DNA from: Tubiluchus corallicola | Lineage: Eukaryota > Animalia > Priapulida | Reading direction: 5' to 3' | Assembly (NCBI GenBank): GCA_030141605.1 | Contig: JAQGDQ010001096.1 | Coordinates: 43,005 to 63,270, forward strand | DNA: 20,266 nt | Shown: positions 10,716-20,266 of the stretch, one piece after another | Numbering within the stretch: the first letter of the stretch is position 1 | Layout: every line of letters starts with the position of its first letter | Translations under genes and position numbers: made by a program | The notes under the pieces: generated by a model | What the model saw: only the letters and a program-made list of their open reading frames with translations | The model's database searches: none | Told to the model about the DNA's origin: nothing

Positions 10716-10933
10716 ACTAAAAAAAATCTGACCTCAAGACAGGTAAGCATAGCAGAGCAGCAATCCAGCAAAATACTAGACACTGCTATGCCAGTGGGTT
10801 GCCAGCACCAATTCCGCTCATCATCACATGCCCACTGCGTCTATTGCATACATTGGTGGACAGAACTCTAAAATAAAAAGAAATCTGCCTTTAGGACAGA
10901 TAAACACAGCAGTTAATCCAGCAAAAAACTAGA
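10716..10933. repeat. Diverged ~65-bp direct repeat pair
   Basis: AAATCTGACCTCAAGACAGGTAAGCATAGCAG...AATCCAGCAAAATACTAGA (~10716-10780) versus AAATCTGCCTTTAGGACAGATAAACACAGCAG...AATCCAGCAAAAAACTAGA (~10866-10933). Confidence 0.6.
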
Positions 10934-11372
10934 GTACTCAAGAGTGTAAACCTTCGAATGTAGACGATAAAGGACACGGGAAAGTTAATTTTCTGAGACG
11001 AGATGCTGGCCCGGTGGAGTAGTACACCATCAACGAGAAAACTAGTCCCTTGCAGTGTGGCAAATAATGATCTACACAGAGGCAGTTATCCATCCATTTG
11101 CTGATCAGTTTTGGCACTACTTAATCTCGACTGCTATGCATCCAAACGATGTAATTGATAAGTCATCTCAGAACTCACATTATACAAAAGTGTATGTTAA
11201 TGTCGTCACTGTTCTGTGGTTTTTAGGAATCGGGTCACTTGAAACAGAATAAGATATTTATCACACTGGAAAAAAACCTTATTAATTTTGTGCAATTAGT
11301 GTGGACTACGGGGACGACACCTAATTGTCAGCCTGAAACGAGCGGACTGCTTAAAGTATCATTTTGTTTAAT

Positions 11373-11744
11373 TATAGGTTTTACATGTCAAATGTAGATC
11401 TGCGTTAACTCAAATGTAGATTTAGGTAATTCAAATGTGTCTTGGTAACTCAAATGTAGACTTAGGTAGTTCAAATGTGTTAACAATGGTTTTCAAGAAA
11501 TCTTAAGCGTTTTTGGAAAGTCAAATGTAGACACATGTCCAGTCAAATTTCCTATGTCTACATTTGACTTACCTAAGTCACATTTGAGTTACCAAAACAC
11601 ATTCAAAATTCCTATGTCTACATTTGACTTGCCTAAGTCGCATTTGAGTTACCAAAACACTTTCGAAATACCTATGTCCACATTTGACTTACCTAAGTCA
11701 CATTTGAACTTTCCTATGTCTACATTTGACGTGTAAAACCTATA
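11373..11744. mobile_element. Foldback-like MITE, copy 2 (opposite orientation to 2036-2261, longer)
   Basis: Termini TATAGGTTTTACATGTCAAATG ... CATTTGACGTGTAAAACCTATA. A 60-bp block (CCTATGTCTACATTTGACTT...AAAACAC) is repeated in one arm. Confidence 0.87.
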
Positions 11745-11840
11745 GAACTCAAAGAAACTTAATTATAAACTTACTTGATTATAAACAGCATAAATAAACA
11801 TGCGTATTGTTTCCTTTAATTTCAGTGAAATTTCATTTAA

Positions 11841-12387
11841 AGGGAAACCGGAAAAATGTGTAAACATTAGTTGAGAATAAAGAATGCTCTAAAATATTGA
11901 AAACTACAATAGCTTTTTTTAACTCAAAGCTTAAATTAAATAATAATTATCCCGGATGCTCAAATTTCGTTAAACTTTCAAAGCTACGCGCCGCGCAGTG
12001 AATCTACTAAGATTGGCAACGGCGCCTTTTTGTCACATTCGTGTGGCCGTCTAATAGAAGGCGGTACATTGATAACAATGATCATGTACAGCAGTATTGG
12101 TTTCTGACGTCATATGACGTAGAGCACATTTTCGTGACATCACGCGTTTAAGCAGTACTGTAACACTTACGCAAACGGGTTTGATGGGCAAGGGAGATAG
12201 CTGCCATTGCACAAACTGTGGTTAGTTTCTGACGTAAGCAATAGCTGTGTTCGATTGCCGTTAATTAACATTCTAAGCTAATTATTCAAATATAAGAAAC
12301 AATTGTTAACTTTTATAGGCAAGAAATTTTATATTTTGGACAGTAAATTAAAATGAGATTGAGACCAAACAATCATCCGGTTTTCCT
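11841..12387. mobile_element. Non-autonomous DNA transposon with TTAA target, Kolobok-like
   Basis: TTAA|AGGGAAACCGGA ... TCCGGTTTTCCT|TTAG: 12-bp TIR with one mismatch, purine-purine start, TTAA target (right copy mutated). Confidence 0.65.
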
Positions 12388-12677
12388 TTAGCAAAGCTAG
12401 AGGAGTTCTGCCCCTGAAACTGCAGAGATGTTTTTAGAACATAAAAGCTTACACAATGTACATTCCAATAATGAATTCCAGTAAAAGCGGCGCTACTAAA
12501 ATGTATGTCGAATGAATTTTTAGAAAAGTGGAACTTGAAGGGTTGGGGCTATGATTAGGGCTCAGCTTGGCGTATGGTCGATGATAATAGTAAAATGACC
12601 TTAGAGATTACAGAATGACACAAACACGAAAAGTCTCAAAAATACTTGTAGCACAACTGAGAGTGATAGTTACTGCC

Positions 12678-13391
12678 TGTGAAAGTCATGTTTGAAGTTG
12701 TAGATCGCTCACTTGTAGAACAAAAATAAAAAAATCTATAATACATATTTGCACAGAAAAGTGTTTAATAACTACAGACACATGAGTAGAATGACTGCTG
12801 CACTGCACACTGGGAATGAGAGTGTCCTGCACTGAACACTGAGAGTTAGAGTGTCCTGCACTGAACACTAAGAGTTAGAGTGTCCTGCACTGAACACTGA
12901 GAGTTAGAGTGTCCTGCACTGAACACTAAGAGTTAGAGTGTCCTGCACTGAACACTAAGAGTTAGAGTGTCCTGCACTGAACACTAAGAGTTAGAGTGTC
13001 CTGCACTGAACACTGAGAATGAGAGTGTCCTGCACTGAACACTAAGAGTTAGAGTGTCCTGCACTGAACACTAAGAGTTAGAGTGTCCTGCACTGAACAC
13101 TAAGAGTTAGAGTGTCCTGCACTGAACACTGAGAGTGAGAGTGTCCTGCACTGAACATTAAGAGTTAGAGAGACTAGAAAGAAAAAACAGTCAGTATATA
13201 TAGGTATAGGTGACCTATGCAGACTTGCACAAACTTCACAACAACCATTACTTTAAAATAGGGAGAGAACCAGTGAATATGCATTCACTGGACCATACAA
13301 TTATGCTGGGGGTAAGTAGCTAGTAAAATGTAACAGGATTAGTTCATAGATGGCAGCACCAAATTAAAAATGTACAATTCCAACTTCAACA
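12678..13391 (-). mobile_element. Solo-LTR-like element, copy 3, with an expanded internal 29-bp tandem array
   Basis: TGTGAAAGTC ... ACTTCAACA flanked by ACTGCC on both sides (12672-12677, 13392-13397). AGTGTCCTGCACTGAACACT recurs every 29 bp from 12821 to 13140 (12 units) plus one variant unit. Confidence 0.88.
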
Positions 13392-13679
13392 ACTGCCACT
13401 CTGATTTTCAGGGCTCAGGGAAACTTAAAGTCTGGTCACAATGATGAAGGGATTTCCTTCACATTCGTGAAAGAGTGAACTGTTTTTGAGCGGTTATCAA
13501 AGACAAAATGCAAACGTTCTTTTGCCGTTCTTGTAATTTCCTCACGCTCGACATCAGTGGCTTCACATCTGGTAATCTTACATCTCTGGTCTCAATAAGA
13601 AAGCTCTAATAGCTAAAAGAGATTCAGAAATTTAATACCAGCGAGTTTATTACTCTGGGCTGTTACATCAAAATTAATA

Positions 13680-13940
13680 AGAAGAAGCATGGCCCGTTCC
13701 CGTTCTTCAGATCTCAGACGTATAACTTTTGCAAAAAACGGCCGAAAAATGACAATTTTTGGAGGTTTTTCGTCCCCCGTTCCTCCCGATGAGCCCGATT
13801 CGATAAATAAACCCCTAGCACAACGACACTAGATCGAGACCTTTCGTTTGATGTATAGATCGCCGCAAATGGTGCCGTCATCGAAGCTGTAGCCTCGAAT
13901 CTTATATATTAAGCCCATACCAGTAGAATTAATATATAGA
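13680..13940 (-). mobile_element. Possible Helitron-like fragment
   Basis: The minus strand begins A|TCTATATATTAATT at 13941/13940, resembling a Helitron 5' TC terminus. CpG-rich body. No clear CTRR 3' end with hairpin was found. Confidence 0.25.
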
Positions 13941-15588
13941 TGGTAAGAATAATAGTTTTCCTCTTTCATTTTCGTGCTTTCTGATCTGAATTTTTCGCAG
14001 TTTCAGCAAACTTTCTGTGCTCGGTTGTCAATAATATTGAATCAAGAGCATGTACTGTCCAATCTGGGCGACAGAAGCAAACACGAAAATATTATTTACA
14101 TGTATGTCACTTTGTGCTATAAGAAATTTTGCTAGCGAAACAAAATTAATTTTATGGTTACAATTAACCTTTTAAAACTGAGAGTACTAATTAACATACA
14201 ATACAAAACAAAAATATTTTTTGTCCGTAACTGCTGAATAATCTTTAAATGCAAAGCTGTAGTTGACCGAGAAGCAATAAGTGTAATAAATAAGTGTAAT
14301 GCTAATAATTACAGTGATACTTTCACATTGCAATTTTTTGACTGGTTATGGCATGCTTGCCCGGAAGAGTGCACGAATCGATATTTTACTACGTTCTTCA
14401 ACAGATGGCAGTGTCGTACAGCCTCTTTTGGGAGGCAATTTCTGACAGCGAAGTGAGTGACCAACTTTTGAAATCTTCAGATCTGCTGAAATAATGGTAA
14501 AACTTTTATAGACTATAGAATTATATTAATTTTGAAAATTAATTTTGTTTACTATGGTTTGTTTACTGAGTAGCTGTTATAAATTTACGATCATATGAGG
14601 CTAATGAGTAGTATGAAAAATTCGTCTGCTACCGCTGGCTGGAATTTCCGTACTTGTTAATGCTGATACAGCGTGCCAATCACGACACGGCATGTATATG
14701 ATAAGATGCATATCACTTTGCTAACTATATCCACGTGTGTTTACGTTGCTGTCTGCTGTATTTTTGCTGCGATTTTGAAAATTGTATAATATTTTTCGTA
14801 ATTTTCTAAATAAATAATTAATAAAATATTCCGTCCAAAACGGAATACAATAATATGCCGTGTGTAACTGTGCTGCATTCGACTACCACAAAGAAGTGGC
14901 CAGACATGCCTATCCACTGGTAAGTGATGTTCACTGGCTTTTTTATATATTATTTCTACAATTTTATTTTTGTGAAAAGTTAAGTACGTCTAAAGTTCAG
15001 TTAAATTAGCAATTATGCCTATTTTACACTTGATTGTGGGTTATTCATACATTTTGAGAAATGGGAATCTGACACTTTTTCCTGTTTTATCGCTTTCTTT
15101 ATGGTGCTTATCCCAGGGACATAAATCGCTTCTTTTTGTAAATAAAACAATTTCAATTCGACACTAATGTCTGTTGATTAAAACCGACTCATTTGCTTAA
15201 CAGTAACCGATTAAGAAGCCTGATTGAGAAATGGAATCATGGCAGAAATGTCTGAGGAACGTTTTCAATTAATAATGCAAGTGAAGTTGCATATTAGATG
15301 TAAATCATGAACATTTACACTCTTATAGCTACACATATATATATATATATAGACCTGTCTGGTCACTCTTGACCTCGTTAGTTACGCAAAAAAGTTGACA
15401 ATGCCCACCACGTGTTGGTGACATTGTGTTGTTTACTTTGTCGGGTGTATCATGTTGGGAGTTACTTTCCGCAGAAAACAAGAATGAGACCAGCAAGACA
15501 AGACACTTACTATATTGAATATAATCGATAATATTGAGTCAAAATAGAAAAAATAGGAGGTGCTGAAGTTACACAATACCTGTACGCG

Positions 15589-16076
<488 letters not shown>

Positions 16077-16205
16077 TGTACGCGTGCCACCAGTACTCAG
16101 CATTCTCTTAATACTATAAGGTTATTTAGAAGCCTGTGTTGCATCAAACTAATGTCAGTTCAAGTTTACGTAGTCGCTTAAACGGGATGATAATTTCTGC
16201 TTTAG

Positions 16206-16320
16206 ATGCTGGATGTTTATCGCGGATTATCAGTATTTCTCCTTCTAATCTTCTGTATTAGTAGAGCATCATCAGAGAGCAATGAAGCCGACGTACCTGA
16301 AGTGCCAACCAATACCACAG
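16206..16320 (+). CDS. Gene B first coding exon: signal peptide plus short acidic linker
   Basis: aatttctgctttag|ATG...ACAG|gtaaac. Translates MLDVYRGLSVFLLLIFCISRASSESNEADVPEVPTNTT, with a hydrophobic core LSVFLLLIFCI followed by small residues. Ends in phase 1, matching the ShKT exons. Confidence 0.82.
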
Positions 16321-16340
16321 GTAAACAGCTTAAACTGTTC

Positions 16341-16381
16341 AAAAAGCTTTCTAAATTTGTAGTGAAGCGAAAGTAAAGTTG
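16341..16381 (+). pseudogene. Fossil 3' end of a deleted ShKT exon (paralog of exon A2)
   Basis: AAAAAGCTTTCTAAATTTGTAGTGAAGCGAAAGTAAAGTTG|GTATGG aligns with 3897-3945 AAAAAGTCTTGCCAAGTTTGCAGTGACGGGAAAGAAAAAGTTG|GTATGA. Downstream 16382-16620 aligns with 3940-4260. Confidence 0.8.
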
Positions 16382-16720
16382 GTATGGAATGTTTTCGTTA
16401 AGCTTAACAAGAAAAGTCTAACATCCACCCATGTGTTTCTTAAGTATTAGGACAAATTTGCTACTGCATACCTGAGTTTTTATATTTTGGAAAGAACTTC
16501 AAATTTAATTTAGTACTCTTATCAAACTTGCTTTCAGCTTGTATCTAATTTTGTAACTTATTTTGTGATTTATCTGTTTTAGCACTTTAGTCGGTTTTTA
16601 GTTTTTGTTAATTTCAAGAAATTCTGTTTTATTTTATAATTTTTATTGCGACAGACATGCCATGGACCGTTATGGGAATATTGTGTGTAGAACTTAATGT
16701 GTTTTGTGTAAAAATTGTAA

Positions 16721-17703
16721 TTCCATTCTATTCTATAAAATTCTATTCATATTCCATTCTATTCTGTTCTATTCTATTCTATTCTATTCTATTCTATTCT
16801 ATTCTATTCTATTCATTCTATTCTATTCTATTCTATTCTATTCTATTCACTTCTTCTTCTTCCTTTCTATTCTATTCTATTCTATTCTATTCTTTCTCTT
16901 CTCTTCTCTTCTATTCTATTCTATTCTATTCTATTCTATTCTATTCTATTCTATTCTATTCTATTCTATTCTATTCTATTCTATTATATTATATTATATT
17001 CTATTTTCTTCATTCTGTTCTGTTCTATTCTATTCTATTCTATTCTATTCTATTCTATTCTATTCTATTCTATTCTATTCTATTCTATAAAATTCTATTC
17101 TATTTTATTCCATTCTATTCTGTTCTATTCTATTCTATTCTATTCTATTCTATTCTATTCTATTCTATTCTATTCTATTCTATTCTATTCTATTCTATTC
17201 TATTCATTGTATTCTGTTCTGTTCTGTTCTGTTCTGTTCTGTTCTGTTCTGTTCTGTTCTATTCTATTCTATTCTATTCTATTCACTTTTCTCTTCTCTT
17301 CTCTTCTATTCTATTCTATTCTATTCTATTCTATTCTATTCTATTCTATTCTATTCTATTCTATTCTATTCTATTCTATTCTATTATATTATATTATATT
17401 CTATTTTCTTCCATTCTGTTCTGTTCTATTCTATTCTATTCTATTCTATTCTATTCTATTCTATTCTATTCTATTCTATTTTATTCTATTCTATTCTATT
17501 CTATTCTATTCACTTTTCTCTTCTCTTCTCTTCTCTTCTCTTCTCTTCTCTTCTCTTCTCTTCTCTTCTCTTCTCTTCTCTTCTCTTCTCTTCTCTTCTC
17601 TTCTCTCTATTCTATTCTATTCTATTCTATTCTATTCTATTCTATTCTATTCTATTCTATTCTATTCTATTTCATTCCATTCCATTCTATTCTATTCTAT
17701 TCT
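16721..17703. repeat. (TTCTA)n microsatellite with TTCTG/TTCTC blocks
   Basis: About 980 bp of 5-bp periodicity. The interruption block CTATTATATTATATTATATTCTATTTTCTT occurs at both 16981 and 17381, indicating a 400-bp higher-order duplication. Confidence 0.97.
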
Positions 17704-17883
17704 AATATTAATGCATTGCCTACCAGAAGCTCACGTTCATGGGCCTACGTTTTTACATGCATATCGTGTGTCCTTACAACCACTATAATTTTAGCCACTC
17801 TATACACCCCACAGAAATTGTATGAAATCACATCACACTTGTACGTGTAAACGAATATGTATTTTAGCAATACTTTGTTTCAG

Positions 17884-18012
17884 CTTGCGCTGATGACTAT
17901 GATAATTGCACAGACTGGGCTGCTAATGGCAACTGTACAAAGGATCCATCTTTCATGTTGAAAAAATGTAGGAAAGCGTGTAGAGTTTGCGGGGATGGCA
18001 TTGATGAAACAG
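17884..18012 (+). CDS. Gene B ShKT-domain exon B1 (paralog of A3, phase 1-1)
   Basis: Acceptor tactttgtttcag|, donor ACAG|gtttga, 129 nt. Translates (A)CADDYDNCTDWAANGNCTKDPSFMLKKCRKACRVCGDGIDET. Confidence 0.93.
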
Positions 18013-18036
18013 GTTTGATGCCTGACATTTTATGAT

Positions 18037-18106
18037 CAGGGCCGGCCTTGAGCATCGGCAAACTAGGCAACCGCCTAGGGCCTCCAATTACCTAAGGCCG
18101 GCCCTG
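18037..18106. mobile_element. 70-bp minimal hAT MITE (family C deletion derivative)
   Basis: CAGGGCCGGCCTT ... AAGGCCGGCCCTG with 8-bp TSD TTTATGAT/CTTATGAT. Absent from the paralogous gene A intron (CTCATAATGTTACTTAGCAACAGT near 5465-5490). Confidence 0.9.
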
Positions 18107-19006
18107 CTTATGATGTTACTTAGCAACAGTTTTCATAAGTGAATACTCATTCAAATGCTGGATGATGAAACTTGTTAGTCAAGATGTCGATCTTACACGC
18201 TGCTATTTTATACCTTTATCAGAAGTCAGACGAGTTTCGTGACCTTGAAATCTGCCTCTAATGTCGCTATCTAACGAGTCTGGCTTTGTCATCGTCAGCA
18301 TCATTGAAAGAGTTGAACTTGTGTCATCGCACAAGAATCACCGGATAATTTCACTCATACTGCATTTGATAAGAAAATTGAAATCTGTTTAACATGTTTT
18401 TTTCCATATTGATTATTTTGTGAATGAGATCTTTATAAGACAGAGTATTTAAATGTTTATGGAAAATGTTGCATTAAACTGCTCCTTCTGTTTATAGCCT
18501 TTCATTATTGCGTTAAATGATGAACCAGAACCAATCTTAAACTGCAGGTCAAAACAATCCCTCTTTAATATATTGAAAGCAGACTATTTTTTTTCAAAAA
18601 TGGCTTATGTGAAGGAATTATTACCACACAAAAACTATTTCACGTTCGTGCCACTAGTTCGTCGCTGTTACTCGCATCCATTTGCTAATTTGACGGGCAC
18701 TAGTGCTTGCATTTCTGAATTGTATTGCACAAGAAACAGGTGCTGTACCTTTCAGATCCGATGTGTTCGTTTGTGAAGAATTAAAGACGTTCAATTTGAG
18801 CACAGCAGTAAATTTGAAATTTGAATTTTTATCTTACACAGTGGAACCTTAGTACAACACATTGTGTATATCTTACAGTAGCACTGTACTTCTGTTTTCA
18901 CTTTCGCAAACACGTGCAACACGCTCCTGGAATATTTTTGCTGTTGAAAATTATGTTAGTTTGTGATGTCATCGCCATTAATCAGAAACGTTTTCCCAGT
19001 ATTATT

Positions 19007-19045
19007 GAGAGAGAGAGAGAGAGGAGAGAGAAGGGAGAAAGAGAG

Positions 19046-19113
<68 letters not shown>

Positions 19114-19340
19114 GCGGTATGTTCGCATAAAGCAAAAAAATGTTACCTTGGCCTGAGGCCCCCCTGGAGGGTGAGGCCCTGGGGAAGTAGCCCCACTTCC
19201 CCCCTCCCCTTGAAATAGGCCCTGCGCGTACTACAGGTATTGTGTAACTTCAGCACATCCTATTTTTTCTATTTTGACTCAATATTATCGATTATGTTCA
19301 ATATAATAAGTATCTAGTCGTACAGGTCTCTTGTTTTCTG
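19007..19340 (-). mobile_element. Inverted copy of the family D MITE left half plus ~115 bp of its flank
   Basis: (GA)n at 19007-19113, then the reverse complement of 15589-15680 with the TIR ending at 19224. 19225-19340 is the reverse complement of flank 15472-15588. Confidence 0.9.
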
Positions 19341-19373
19341 ACTTACAATGTTTTTTAAATTTTTTTTGAGCAG

Positions 19374-19496
19374 AGTGTATGGATAAACTAGATAACCCCG
19401 TTTACTGTGAATACTATGCTGATGCTGGTGAATGTGAGAAGAATCCAGGCTACATGTTGGACAACTGTCGTAAAACCTGCAAAATCTGCGTGACCA
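19374..19496 (+). CDS. Gene B ShKT-domain exon B2 (paralog of A4, phase 1-1)
   Basis: Acceptor ttttttttgagcag|, donor A|gtaagt, 123 nt. Translates (E)CMDKLDNPVYCEYYADAGECEKNPGYMLDNCRKTCKICVT. Confidence 0.93.
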
Positions 19497-19559
19497 GTAA
19501 GTACGGATGTAACGTCAGAAAAAAGGAAACGCCAAACCTGCCTAAAGATTTAGTCAAAA

Positions 19560-19684
19560 TAAACTAAAAAACACAACAAACACACAAAACCACAAACACA
19601 AAAACCCCCACACAACAAAAACAACACCCAAAAAAAAACACAACACAACAAACAAAACAAACCACAAAAACCAAAAAACCAAAA
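19560..19684. repeat. A/C-rich low-complexity tract
   Basis: Almost only A and C (AAAC, CACA motifs). Confidence 0.85.
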
Positions 19685-20013
19685 TAATTGTACATTTTTA
19701 AGGTGCTGCCATCTATGAACTTTACTCTACCAGCTACTCACCACCAGTATAATTGTACAGTCCAGTGAATGATCTCTCCCTAATCTAAAGTAATGGTTTT
19801 GTGAAGCCTGTACAAGTTGCATAATCACCTATACCTATATATATTGACTGGTTTTACTTTCTAGTCACTGTCTAACTCTCAGTGTTCAGTGCAGCAGCCA
19901 TTCTATTCATGTGTATGTAGTCTAATAAACACTTTTCTGTGCAAATATGTAGTATAGTTGTTTATTCTTGTTCTACAAGTGAGCGATCTACAACTTTAAA
20001 CATGACTTTCACA
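19685..20013 (+). mobile_element. Solo-LTR-like element, copy 4 (5' terminus missing)
   Basis: Colinear with 4312-4698 and ends GACTTTCACA. AATAAA at 19924-19929. One arm of the internal hairpin is deleted (TCCAGTGAAT GATCTCTCCC). Confidence 0.85.
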
Positions 20014-20266
20014 CCATATGAGAGCAATATGGCTTCAATTGTGCCAACATTCCCCCCCTGTGACATTGCTTAGCCTCCGCTCAGTCTGGGCCTCCCTGTT
20101 GTAGTCAGCTGTAACATTACCACTTAGTAAAGGACAAAAGGGGCACCTGAAGTATGTTTCAGAAAAATCGCCTTAAAAAATTACACGACTTTACAGCAAT
20201 TTTATGCACGTTATCGTATTCGCGTTGAACGGAATTTTTGTTTGTCTTCATTGTAAATCTCTCGCA

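Noticed and set aside
12821-13170. 29-bp repeats of CRISPR-repeat size
   Set aside because: Head-to-tail with no spacers and internal to a dispersed element.
14855-14919. MP..CAAF motif suggestive of a THAP domain start
   Set aside because: Needs a frameshift and lacks the second Cys and the remaining THAP residues.
16657-17850. 397-aa ILFYS-repeat ORF and overlapping ORFs
   Set aside because: Translation of the (TTCTA)n microsatellite.

Overview
AT-rich, repeat-dense eukaryotic (invertebrate-like) genomic DNA; the supplied ORF track is mostly microsatellite artefact. The coding content is split into small + strand exons with canonical AG/GT ends. Seven exons each encode one six-cysteine ShKT (ShK toxin-like) domain, and all seven are phase 1-1. 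They form two tandem paralogous genes. Gene A has ShKT exons at 685-795, 3811-3939, 5320-5448, 6629-6742 and 6900-7022, a possible 30-nt linker exon at 1791-1820 and a candidate stop exon at 9435-9460; its 5' end lies outside the window. Gene B has a signal-peptide exon at 16206-16320 and ShKT exons at 17884-18012 and 19374-19496, and continues past the window. Gene B introns align with gene A introns, and gene B retains a fossil of a deleted ShKT exon. One gene A domain has the Lys-Tyr pair at the ShK dyad position. Introns and the intergenic region hold four copies of a TGT...ACA solo-LTR-like element, several hAT-type MITEs, a Tc1/mariner MITE, a foldback-like MITE pair, a Kolobok-like element, a LINE 3' fragment and several micro/minisatellites. 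The best 'system' candidate is a modular, apparently fast-diverging cluster of secreted multi-ShKT genes. Its novelty and function cannot be established from sequence alone.
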